64,000 nucleotides of DNA from Candidatus Kaiserbacteria bacterium RIFOXYB1_FULL_46_14 (GTDB lineage: Bacteria > Patescibacteriota > Minisyncoccia > Phycocordibacterales > UBA918). The stretch covers positions 21,074 through 85,073 of the forward strand of contig MFMS01000006.1 of assembly GCA_001783525.1 (NCBI GenBank), written 5' to 3'. The notes under the pieces are model-generated. The model had not been told where the DNA came from and made no database searches. It saw only the letters and a list, made by a program, of their open reading frames with translations. Below, piece by piece: positions 8,966 to 18,147 of the stretch. Each line of letters starts with the position of its first letter. Positions within the stretch are counted from its first letter, which is position 1. The position numbers were made by a program, and so were the translations under genes.

Positions 8966-10735
8966 ATGACGGAGGTTGTTTCCAAAATTAAACGCCTGCG
9001 TACCTTTAGCGGCGATGTAATGAACGCGCGTGGTGATTTATCCGTGCCAGAAACCACAACTCCACAGGCAAAGTTTGTTTTGAAAAAACCACAACCGACT
9101 GTTACTAGGATACCGCCGCAACCTGCTCCAATTCCAACCCTGCCACCTTTGCCGCCAAAACCAATAACACTACCACTTAAAGTTGCGCCGGTTACAGTAG
9201 TTGAAAAACCAGAACCAGTTGCAAAGACGATCATCCCGACCTTTGCTCCGCATATTATTAAAGACGAATTGTCTGCGCTTGATAAACCTGCCCCATCTTC
9301 TATTTTGGCCGTGCCTTCTAACCGACTAGATGTGATGGAGGCGGAAAACAGCATTGATGTCGGCAATATAATTTCAGATCGCAAAAATAAACGCTTCAAT
9401 GTATTTTCTGCTACCTGGGAAGCGGTGAAAGAGTGGTTCGTCTCCGAACGTTTGCAATTTGAGAAGCGACAAGATGAAAAGGAGGCGGCAATTCCAAAAG
9501 TTCGCCCAGTAGAAAGTCGCAAAGAAGTAGTAGCAAAGGCCGCCAGCCAAAGTGCCTTAGCACCAAAAGATGACCATAAAAATGTAGTGGTACGGCAGCA
9601 GACAGAGTCAGACAAAAAAGCGGCGGCGGAGGCGCCCGTGATAGCTATCAAGAGTAGTGCATCAGTACCAGCACCGAGCTGGTCACACTTTACCGGTGAA
9701 ATTCCTCTTGCTACTCCTGCCTCAACGACGGCAGAGATAAAGCCCGAACCAACTCCGACAGTGCAAGCGCCAGTTGAAATACCTGTTGTAATTAAAGAGC
9801 CCGAAGTGGTGAGCGTACCAGTACCGGTAGTGGAAGTAATACCAAAAGAGGAAATACCGTCACCAATAAAAGAAGCGCCTGTTGAAGCGCCGATCGCAGT
9901 ACCATCTTATGCACCAGTTGAAGAAATGGTTGAAGAACCCGCGACTACAAGTGCTAACGTAGTCGCGGAAGAAGAAGTATTTATACCAGAACCAAAACCC
10001 ATCTCACGAACACCAACTCGTTTTGCAACACCAACTCGCACACCGTTTCCGATTGTTCGTGTCGGCATCATTGGAGTAATGTCGATCGTGCTCGGCGTCA
10101 GTGCCTCACTATGGTTGTTTGGTGGCGGAGAAGAAACTAATCAAGAAATTGCTGCGCAAGACGACACCATTTCTCTCATTGCAGCTGATCAAAAAGTTGA
10201 CGTACCTGTAAGCAATGACCGTACCGAATTTTTGTCGGCCCTTACAAAAGTCTCCGTACCGGCTGAAAACGCGGTCAGTCTATTACAACCAAAGATCAAT
10301 CTTTCTGGAACAGTATCCACTCCGCCAACCGCGACCATATTACAGATTCTAAATTTGCAGTTACCGGGAAGTTTCACACGTTCAATTGAGACAATAAACT
10401 TTGGCCGTTACGATGGTCGATTCTTCATCGCGTTACGCGTCACCTCGTTTGAGGCTGGTTTTTCAGGACTACTGTCTGGTGAATCACTTCTGATTACTGA
10501 TTTATATCCACTGTTCGGCACTCCGGTTACCGGCACATTTGACCCATCCGCGAGAACCGCTGGCGGAGTGGTGGAACCATTCTTTGTGGACAGCACTGTA
10601 AAAAATCACGACGTACGTATCTTGCGTGACGAGCTACAAAAGGAGCGTTTGGTTTATGGATTCGTCAATCGCAACACTATAATCATAGCTACTGACAGCG
10701 CTGTCTTTGCCGCTGCTGCGGAAAAAATAAAGTGA
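8966..10735 (+). CDS. hypothetical Pro/Glu-rich single-TM protein
   Basis: Long low-complexity N-terminus, TM near aa 365-385, globular C-terminus. Confidence 0.8.
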   Translation: MTEVVSKIKRLRTFSGDVMNARGDLSVPETTTPQAKFVLKKPQPTVTRIPPQPAPIPTLPPLPPKPITLPLKVAPVTVVEKPEPVAKTIIPTFAPHIIKDELSALDKPAPSSILAVPSNRLDVMEAENSIDVGNIISDRKNKRFNVFSATWEAVKEWFVSERLQFEKRQDEKEAAIPKVRPVESRKEVVAKAASQSALAPKDDHKNVVVRQQTESDKKAAAEAPVIAIKSSASVPAPSWSHFTGEIPLATPASTTAEIKPEPTPTVQAPVEIPVVIKEPEVVSVPVPVVEVIPKEEIPSPIKEAPVEAPIAVPSYAPVEEMVEEPATTSANVVAEEEVFIPEPKPISRTPTRFATPTRTPFPIVRVGIIGVMSIVLGVSASLWLFGGGEETNQEIAAQDDTISLIAADQKVDVPVSNDRTEFLSALTKVSVPAENAVSLLQPKINLSGTVSTPPTATILQILNLQLPGSFTRSIETINFGRYDGRFFIALRVTSFEAGFSGLLSGESLLITDLYPLFGTPVTGTFDPSARTAGGVVEPFFVDSTVKNHDVRILRDELQKERLVYGFVNRNTIIIATDSAVFAAAAEKIK

Positions 10736-10747
10736 TACAATTTAATT

Positions 10748-11110
10748 ATGGATACAGAGAAATACAAAAACAAACTAGAAACAGAACTAGCTACATTAAC
10801 AGACGAGTTGCGTTCTCTCGGCATTCACAACCCTGAAGTGTCAGAGGACTGGATTGAGAAGATGAACGATTCCGATACGGTCAGTGCTGACCCTAACGAT
10901 GTAGCTGATCGCACCGAAGAATTTGATTCGCGCCGTGCCGAACTGTCGATGCTTGAAGGAAGGTGGAACGATGTCCGTGATGCTTTACAAAAAATTGAAA
11001 GTCTCACGTACGGCATTTGTGAAGTATCCGGAGAATTGATTGAGGATGATCGACTAGATGCCAATCCTGCTGCACGCACTTGCAAAGCCCACATGAACGA
11101 AGTTGCTTAA
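10748..11110 (+). CDS. TraR/DksA family protein
   Basis: Coiled coil with DPNDVA tip; YGICEVSGELI...RLDANPAARTCKAH. Confidence 0.88.
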   Translation: MDTEKYKNKLETELATLTDELRSLGIHNPEVSEDWIEKMNDSDTVSADPNDVADRTEEFDSRRAELSMLEGRWNDVRDALQKIESLTYGICEVSGELIEDDRLDANPAARTCKAHMNEVA

Positions 11111-11214
11111 GATCGCGATCTGCTCCGCTCCGCATCAGTAAAATAATTATCACTGAACAATGAAGTTCACCTCAAATTATTTTCTTCGCTTGCCTTGCCT
11201 TAAGCAACTTCGTT
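11096..11214. repeat. gene-end-anchored hairpin cassette
   Basis: Perfect 16-bp inverted copy of the gene end (11096-11111/11199-11214) enclosing an AAAATAATT/AATTATTTT hairpin. Confidence 0.75.
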
Positions 11215-11241
11215 TTAACTAATTAAACTGACTCATTAAGT

Positions 11242-12756
11242 ATGTCTATCGCCCGCATTCATACTGCCCAACCTGGAGTATTGCGTGGCGACATCATCAC
11301 GATTGAAGCAGACCTCGCTAGAGGTCTGTATTCGTTTGCGATTGTTGGACTGGCCGGCAAGGCCGTAGAAGAAGCGCGCGATCGAGTCAGTGCCGCCATC
11401 AAAAACTCTGGTTTCAAAAATCCAAAAAGTGAAAACCAAAAGATTGTAATTTCATTGGCGCCGGCTGACCTTAAGAAAGACGGGCCGCTCTTTGATCTGC
11501 CAATCGCTATCGCTTATCTTTCTGCCTCCGGCACAATAAAAGGCAACGTTGATAAAATTCTTTTTATTGGCGAGCTGTCACTAGATGGTAGTCTTCGTCC
11601 GGTGCGCGGTGCCTTATCAGCCACAATGATCGGAAAGAAAGCGGGTTTCACGGAGATTATTGTACCGGTAGAAAATCAGAAGGAGGCGGCCTTGGTAGAA
11701 GGGATTGTGGTTTATGGCGCTAAGACATTGACTGAAGTAGTTAATCATATTGATAAGGAGCGTGAAACACACTCTTTGCTTAGTCCCACTCCAGTTACTG
11801 AACTACCCTCAGATTGGTTCGACACCCACATCAGACTTGAAGATATTAAAGGGCAAGAGAGTGCCAAACGCGGCCTCATCATCGCCGCCGCCGGACTGCA
11901 CAATATTCTAATGGCTGGTCCGCCCGGTACCGGTAAGACTATGTTGGCGCGTGCCTTTCAAGGACTACTTCCACCACTTTCTCGCGAAGAAGCCTTGGAG
12001 GTTACGGCGATCCATTCGCTTGTCGATGGTCTTCGAGAGATCACTTCTGCACCACCGTTTCGCACACCACATCACACCGCAAGTTATGTAAGTTTAGTTG
12101 GAGGAGGAGCTACACCACGACCGGGCGAAGTGACTCTTGCTCACCGCGGTGTGTTATTTATGGATGAGTTTCCAGAATTTGATCGGCGCACTTTGGACGC
12201 TCTCCGACAACCGCTTGAAGATCGCGTAGTAAACATATCCCGCGTAAAAGGAAGTGAATGTTTCCCGGCCGACTTTGTATTAGTGGCTGCTATGAACCCA
12301 TACCGAGGAACAGAGGATGGGAGTACGGACTATGCCGCCTCAATGATGGAGACTTACAAGGGTAAAATTTCGGGACCAATTCTAGATCGTATCGATCTAT
12401 GGCTAAACGTGCCGCATGTAAATTACGACACCTTAACTAGTGAGCAAAAAGTTGGCGATGAAACGAAGAGAGCGAGAGAACAAGTGGCAAAAGCGCGCGA
12501 GCGACAAAGAGCGCGTTTCAAAGATTACGACGCAAAAGTAAACTCTCGTTTATCAAGCCGCGAGCTCGAAGCAATGGTGCCATTGTCTGCGGATTTTAAA
12601 GAGACGTTGCGTCACTCTGCGGCCAAACTTAATTTATCACCACGCTCACTTCATCGTCTGATTAAAGTCTCACGCACTATCGCTGACCTAAACGACTCTG
12701 ACAAACTTTTGGTAGAGCACCTACTTGAAGCTTTGCAATATCGAGTCAAACTTTAA
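11242..12756 (+). CDS. comM: ComM/YifB Mg-chelatase-like AAA+ ATPase
   Basis: LAPADLKK, GPPGTGKT, RPGEVTLAHRGVLFMDEF and ISGPILDRID motifs. Confidence 0.95.
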   Translation: MSIARIHTAQPGVLRGDIITIEADLARGLYSFAIVGLAGKAVEEARDRVSAAIKNSGFKNPKSENQKIVISLAPADLKKDGPLFDLPIAIAYLSASGTIKGNVDKILFIGELSLDGSLRPVRGALSATMIGKKAGFTEIIVPVENQKEAALVEGIVVYGAKTLTEVVNHIDKERETHSLLSPTPVTELPSDWFDTHIRLEDIKGQESAKRGLIIAAAGLHNILMAGPPGTGKTMLARAFQGLLPPLSREEALEVTAIHSLVDGLREITSAPPFRTPHHTASYVSLVGGGATPRPGEVTLAHRGVLFMDEFPEFDRRTLDALRQPLEDRVVNISRVKGSECFPADFVLVAAMNPYRGTEDGSTDYAASMMETYKGKISGPILDRIDLWLNVPHVNYDTLTSEQKVGDETKRAREQVAKARERQRARFKDYDAKVNSRLSSRELEAMVPLSADFKETLRHSAAKLNLSPRSLHRLIKVSRTIADLNDSDKLLVEHLLEALQYRVKL

Positions 12757-12796
12757 TACAACAAAGGGCCGCCTTGGGCGGCCCTTTGTTGTATTA
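12754..12796. terminator. bidirectional terminator
   Basis: TAATACAACAAAGGGCCGCC-TTG-GGCGGCCCTTTGTTGTATTA. Confidence 0.8.
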
Positions 12797-12816
12797 AAGT
12801 TCAACGCAGTGATTTG

Positions 12817-13086
12817 CTTAGAATGGGTTGTGATCGAAGTCATTTTAAAACGGAGTGCGAGGAGTGCAAGGAAAATAATTTGAGCCGTATATGGACATAC
12901 GGTGAGAATTATTTTTCCGCAGCACGACAAAGCTATCCTTTTAAAATGACTTCGAGGGAACCAGCAACCCATTTTGGGATGCAGGACGCGGAGACAAACA
13001 AAAAAGATACGAGCTGTATATAGACATACAGCTCGTATCTTTTTGTGTGCAGGCGACAAAGTCCTGCGCCTAAAATGGGTTGCTGG
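12817..13086. repeat. double gene-end-anchored hairpin cassette
   Basis: Three alternating copies of the M23 gene end, separated by two hairpins with GTATAT(A/G)GACATAC apices. Confidence 0.8.
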
Positions 13087-14212
13087 CGCCGCGGACTTCA
13101 AAGTGGAGGTGAGATCCGGTAGATTTACCACTAGTACCGACATAGCCGATCGTTTCACCAGCATCGACTAGATCGCCAACACTAACGTCATTACCAGAAG
13201 TGTGCGCATATAGTGTCTGCACTCCATTGGCATGTTTTACCACAATGTAATTACCGTAACCGCCATTCCAGCCGCCAGTCTTTGAAACGATGACTGCGCC
13301 AGATGCAGCTGCTCGGATCGGAGTACCACTTTGTGCTGCTAGGTCAACCGCGTTGTAACCATGAATACCTTGAGTACGAACTGCTCCAGGTACTGGGTGA
13401 GTAAATCCACCACTGTTTGTTGACGAGCCACCACTAGCTGTCTTGGTTGGAGTCTTGCCTTTCTTTTGCGGAGTGGCTGGCGCGGTATGCATCACCCCAC
13501 CTGGCACAACGATCGTGTCTCCAACACTGATGTCAGCTGCCGAAGCAAGGCGGTTGTAGGCGAGAATATCGTTTACCATTGCTTCAGCCTGCTCGGTGTT
13601 TTCAGCACCGTACTTTTTAGCAATCGAAGCGATGGTCTCTTTCTCTTTTACAATATGACGAATACCAGTAATCGGTAGGATGACTAGCTGATCACCGGCA
13701 CGAATTAGTTTTGGATCTTTAATGTCGTTGGCCCACAGTATTGTATTGATAGAAACGCCATACATATCAGCAATATGAGATAGGGTCTCGCAACGTTCAG
13801 GCGTACATTCGCGTACGATGTGCACGCTAATTTCACCAGACGGATTGACGACTGAAGTATCGGTATTGAATGGCCCGCCCGAAAGTAGTGCCCCCTCTTC
13901 ATAAATAAGATCACCGCCGCCCTGATTATTTTTACCGTCGGGACTAGTGCGGGCGGAAAGTAGCTTTACATCACTAGCACCAGTATTGGTGACGGAGCGC
14001 TCATAGACAATGGCATCGCTACTTAAAAAACCGGCCACTCCGGTAAATACACCAGCGTAGGCCGATAGGGGAAGAAAGACAATTAAAAACAACGTAGCCG
14101 CCTCGGCCAAAGAGAGGCCGCGGTCGCGGAAAGAAAGAACTCTATCTGTCGCCCGCTTCAGTCGTTTCATTCGACTCTGATCATCGGGGTCCTGTTCTGA
14201 TTTTATCGTCAC
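13070..14212 (-). CDS. LysM-domain M23 family peptidase
   Basis: Two LysM repeats; HGYNAVD, GYGNY, YAH and HLHFEV motifs; start uncertain. Confidence 0.93.
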   Translation of the reverse strand: MTIKSEQDPDDQSRMKRLKRATDRVLSFRDRGLSLAEAATLFLIVFLPLSAYAGVFTGVAGFLSSDAIVYERSVTNTGASDVKLLSARTSPDGKNNQGGGDLIYEEGALLSGGPFNTDTSVVNPSGEISVHIVRECTPERCETLSHIADMYGVSINTILWANDIKDPKLIRAGDQLVILPITGIRHIVKEKETIASIAKKYGAENTEQAEAMVNDILAYNRLASAADISVGDTIVVPGGVMHTAPATPQKKGKTPTKTASGGSSTNSGGFTHPVPGAVRTQGIHGYNAVDLAAQSGTPIRAAASGAVIVSKTGGWNGGYGNYIVVKHANGVQTLYAHTSGNDVSVGDLVDAGETIGYVGTSGKSTGSHLHFEVRGASNPF

Positions 14213-14432
14213 AAGTTTGGGGGGACTCGCCGCCTACACTTACCGGGACGGAATTAACGCAGACCAATATGATACCGGAGCAGGAAACGGTTACAATTGA
14301 CGTATTGCACTTTTTCCACCATTAGTGGCAGTCGTCGTAAAAGCCTGTCTTTACTTGCTATTTTAGCTATTGACAAGTCTTTGATTAAAATTTCTAATTT
14401 CGTGGCCTGTTGTCATATATAATGTACGGCTG

Positions 14433-16409
14433 ATGAAACACCTAGAAGTACTAAACGAGAAGCAACGCGAGGCGGCCACCACTATCGATGGCCCGCTCTT
14501 AGTATTGGCCGGAGCTGGCAGTGGTAAGACCAAGACCGTTACCCACCGGATCGTCCATCTGATCTACGGGGGAGTTGCCCCGGGACAAATTCTGGCTGTT
14601 ACCTTTACCAACAAGGCAGCCAAAGAAATGCGCGAACGTGCCTTTGCACTGATAAAGCATTTTGTAAAATCAGACCAACCAGCTGTCACGGGACAACCCT
14701 TAGTAACAACTTTCCACTCCTTCGGTGTACGAATACTTAGAGAGTTTCATGAGGCTGTTGGACTACCGCGTCACTTCGCGATCTATGACCGCTCGGACAG
14801 TTTGCGCGCAATCAAAAAAGCCATTGAAGAGTCTGGTTACAATCCAAAAGAATTTGAGCCACGACGTATTCTTTCTATTATTTCACGCGCCAAAGGCGAC
14901 GCGTTATCTCGTGACGAATTTATGTCAGACGCCGCTAGTTATCCTGATCGTGTCGCCGGTGAAGTTTGGGAGAAATATGAAAATCAATTAAAGAACGAGC
15001 GAGCACTAGACTTTGATGATTTACTTTTGAAGACTTTACGAATGCTCGAATCAAAACCAGAGATTCGTCAGAAACTTCAAGATCGTTTTCACTACATTCA
15101 TATAGATGAATACCAAGACACCAACAAAGTTCAGTACGAGATAGCTCGGCTATTGGCAGGGGAGCGACAAAACATTTGTGTGGTTGGTGATATCGACCAA
15201 TCTATTTATTCTTGGCGCGGAGCTGACATCAAAAATGTTTTGCAATTTGAACGTCACTTCAATAATGCCAAGACTGTTTTGCTTGAAGAAAATTATCGTT
15301 CAACAAAAACCATCATTGATGCCTCAAACAAAGTAATTGCCAAAAATCGCAACCGCGTTCCAAAGACTGTCTTTACCAACAATGACATCGGCGAAAAAAT
15401 CACAATCTTTGCTGGCTTTTCTGGCACACACGAAGCCGAGTACGTTGCTCGCACCGCAAAGGAGTTGATTGCAAACAGCACCTCGCCTTCAGATATTGCA
15501 GTGTTGTTCCGCACCAACTTTCAATCACGGTCACTCGAAGAGGCATTTCTTAATCTTGATGTGCCTTACCAAGTGCTGGGTGTAAAATTTTTTGAACGGA
15601 AGGAAGTGAAAGATGTATTGTCCTATCTCCGACTGGCCTTAAATCCGGGTGGTACAGCCGACCTTGTTCGAGTCATCAACACCCCGCCACGCGGCATCGG
15701 CAAAGTAACTGTGCTCAAAATAGTTGAAGGTAAAAGGAATGAGCTTCAAGGTGCAACGGCCGGCAAAGTCGAAGCCTTCGAGCAGATGATGATGGACATC
15801 GCTGATGAAGCACGTACTAAAAAATTATCTGAAACACTGAAGTTCATCATTGCGCGAACTGGCCTCGAAATGACCTTGAAGAAGGGCGGTACTGAAGAAG
15901 ATTTGGAGCGACTAGAAAACCTGCGCGAGTTGGTTTCTCTTGCTACTCGTTATGATGAAAAAGGACCAGAAGAGGCAGTCGAAGCATTGCTTGAAGATGC
16001 CGCCTTACAAAGTGACCAAGATGAAATAAAAGACAAAGAAGAAAAAGATGCCGTACGCCTAATGACTGTGCACGCCGCCAAAGGACTTGAGTTCCCGTAT
16101 GTTTTTGTGACCGGACTTGAGGAAGGTCTTTTTCCACACGAACGACTAGATACAAAAGGGGTTGACCAAGAAGAGGAGCGCCGACTCTTTTATGTGGCGC
16201 TCACTCGGGCCGGCAAAAAAATCTGGTTGACCTACGCGCACTCTCGAATGATTTTTGGATCGACGCGCGTCAATATTCCGTCATCGTTTTTGGCAGACAT
16301 TGACGCTGACCTGGTTGAGATGGAAGGCGCCACAGACGGTAAGCAAGGAAGACGAGGTGGTTTGCTGGATGATTGGGACGACAGTTTTGAAAATGTGATA
16401 GAAATTTAG
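14433..16409 (+). CDS. pcrA: ATP-dependent DNA helicase PcrA/UvrD
   Basis: AGAGSGKT, DEYQD, NYRS, TVHAAKGLEF and EERRLFYVALTRA motifs. Confidence 0.96.
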   Translation: MKHLEVLNEKQREAATTIDGPLLVLAGAGSGKTKTVTHRIVHLIYGGVAPGQILAVTFTNKAAKEMRERAFALIKHFVKSDQPAVTGQPLVTTFHSFGVRILREFHEAVGLPRHFAIYDRSDSLRAIKKAIEESGYNPKEFEPRRILSIISRAKGDALSRDEFMSDAASYPDRVAGEVWEKYENQLKNERALDFDDLLLKTLRMLESKPEIRQKLQDRFHYIHIDEYQDTNKVQYEIARLLAGERQNICVVGDIDQSIYSWRGADIKNVLQFERHFNNAKTVLLEENYRSTKTIIDASNKVIAKNRNRVPKTVFTNNDIGEKITIFAGFSGTHEAEYVARTAKELIANSTSPSDIAVLFRTNFQSRSLEEAFLNLDVPYQVLGVKFFERKEVKDVLSYLRLALNPGGTADLVRVINTPPRGIGKVTVLKIVEGKRNELQGATAGKVEAFEQMMMDIADEARTKKLSETLKFIIARTGLEMTLKKGGTEEDLERLENLRELVSLATRYDEKGPEEAVEALLEDAALQSDQDEIKDKEEKDAVRLMTVHAAKGLEFPYVFVTGLEEGLFPHERLDTKGVDQEEERRLFYVALTRAGKKIWLTYAHSRMIFGSTRVNIPSSFLADIDADLVEMEGATDGKQGRRGGLLDDWDDSFENVIEI

Positions 16410-16414
16410 AATCT

Positions 16415-17233
16415 ATGGTAACGAAAAAATTTGAAACCAAAAAATCACTAGGCCAGCACTTTTTAAACAATCCAGTTGTTCCGCGTTGGCTCGCGGACGC
16501 GGGTGAGGTGACCGTGGGAGATGTTGTATTAGAGATTGGCCCAGGTACCGGTGCTTTGACACGAGAGCTTTTATCGCGCGGTGCTAAGGTTGCCGGAGTG
16601 GAGGCAGACCCGCGCGCCATTGCGGTACTAGAGGAAGAATTTGGAGCTGAGATGGATACCGGCCAGTTTCGCCTTCATCACGCGGACGTTCGACGGTTCG
16701 ATCCAACCATACTAAACCTGAAAGATCACCAGTTTAAACTGGTGGCAAACATCCCTTACTATCTGACAGGACAACTTTTCCGTACTTTTTTATCCGGCAA
16801 CTTACAGCCGTCGTCACTAGTGTTTTTAGTACAGAAGGAAGTCGGTAAACGAGCGACCGACGGTTGCGAGAAAGGGGGCAAGGAGTCACTGCTTTCACTC
16901 TCGGTTAAGGTCTTTGGCGATCCTATATATGTGAAGACCGTCGGGAAAGGTCATTTTTCTCCGCCGCCAAAAGTGGACTCCGCCATCGTAAAGGTGTCGA
17001 ACATAAGTAGGGATAAGCTAAAAGGGCTAGACCCGGAATTCTTCTTTCAAATACTACATTACGGTTTTGGGTCTAAACGCAAGCAACTGCTTGGCAATTT
17101 GGCTAAGTTTTACCCCCGCACGTTACTTTTGGAGCACTTTTCTGCCATCGGTATCGACCCAGCCGCTAGAGCAGAGGACATACCTTTAGACATCTGGATA
17201 AAACTGAGCGAGCACCTCAGTAGAGTAGGGTAA
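16415..17233 (+). CDS. rsmA: 16S rRNA adenine dimethyltransferase
   Basis: KSLGQHFL, EIGPGTG, ANIPYY and PPPKVDS motifs. Confidence 0.96.
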   Translation: MVTKKFETKKSLGQHFLNNPVVPRWLADAGEVTVGDVVLEIGPGTGALTRELLSRGAKVAGVEADPRAIAVLEEEFGAEMDTGQFRLHHADVRRFDPTILNLKDHQFKLVANIPYYLTGQLFRTFLSGNLQPSSLVFLVQKEVGKRATDGCEKGGKESLLSLSVKVFGDPIYVKTVGKGHFSPPPKVDSAIVKVSNISRDKLKGLDPEFFFQILHYGFGSKRKQLLGNLAKFYPRTLLLEHFSAIGIDPAARAEDIPLDIWIKLSEHLSRVG

Positions 17234-17306
17234 GCGGGAGTTTACCAATGGTTAATAACAGTCATATATATGATGCCGGCGGCTGTTATAATTACCAGTA
17301 ATAGGA

Positions 17307-18146
17307 ATGGCGTTAGATTTACGTACGATTTTGGCATTTGTTATTGGCGGTGTTCTTCTCACTGGCGCTTTTTTCCTGAGGCCAGACCCGACCACCACAT
17401 CCAACACTCTAGCTAGCAAGAGTGCCTTTTCTTTACGGAACTTTATTCCAGTAAAGGACAGCGACAACAACGGCATCCCAGATTGGCAAGAACCATTTGC
17501 TGTCGGTACGATCAACCTAGATCGCACAACTGGCGTCAGCACATCGACCCTTACCGGACAATTAGTAATGTCCCTTGCCGACTACTTATCCGAAGGGGAC
17601 AAAGCGCCAGAGGAAGTGTTGTCACTTATTGGTAGCGAGCTGATGACGAGCGCCACTGATCCACAATACGGAAATGAAGATATAAATATAATCAGCGACA
17701 ACAGCCCTGTCGCCCTGCGTGCTTATGGCAACGCAGTTGCCTTGATCGCTACTAGATATCCACTACCAGCCAATACTAAAAATGAGATGGTCATTTTCAA
17801 TGATTCATTCTCACAAAATGACCCTGAACTTTTAAAGTCTCTTGATCCAATCATTTCTTCCTACAAAAAAGTGCGCGACGATATGTTGGAAATACCGGTA
17901 CCATCTTCTATGACCCGAGAACATTTATCCCTGACAAATGTTTATAACGCGCTTGCCATCGATATTCGTGGCTTTCGCAAAGTTCACGAGGATGCTCTAA
18001 CATCAACCCTTCGTCTTCGTCGCTACCCATCAGACGCCGCCGCTTTACAAGCAGCAATCTCCAACCTGTATCTAAAATTGCACCAAAGCGGGATACAATG
18101 GAGTGACGCTGACGCCGCTTCTAAATTTATAGAAGTGCAATTGTGA
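17307..18146 (+). CDS. membrane-anchored protein with DxDxNG Ca-binding-like loop
   Basis: N-terminal TM; KDSDNNGIPDWQE; first gene of the T4SS-like cluster. Confidence 0.75.
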   Translation: MALDLRTILAFVIGGVLLTGAFFLRPDPTTTSNTLASKSAFSLRNFIPVKDSDNNGIPDWQEPFAVGTINLDRTTGVSTSTLTGQLVMSLADYLSEGDKAPEEVLSLIGSELMTSATDPQYGNEDINIISDNSPVALRAYGNAVALIATRYPLPANTKNEMVIFNDSFSQNDPELLKSLDPIISSYKKVRDDMLEIPVPSSMTREHLSLTNVYNALAIDIRGFRKVHEDALTSTLRLRRYPSDAAALQAAISNLYLKLHQSGIQWSDADAASKFIEVQL

Positions 18147-18147
18147 T

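Noticed and set aside
8911-9651. 246-aa minus-strand ORF
   Set aside because: Antisense shadow of the Pro-rich gene 8966..10735.
12721-13171. ORFs 12721..13164, 12814..13023 and 12974..13171
   Set aside because: They run through palindromic repeat DNA and have no protein-like features.
14213-14270. c-di-AMP (ydaO) riboswitch upstream of the LysM/M23 gene
   Set aside because: Only a single hairpin (GTCTGCGTTA/TAAGTGTAGGC); the leader is too short and lacks the GCTGAA and CAGCTAAC motifs.
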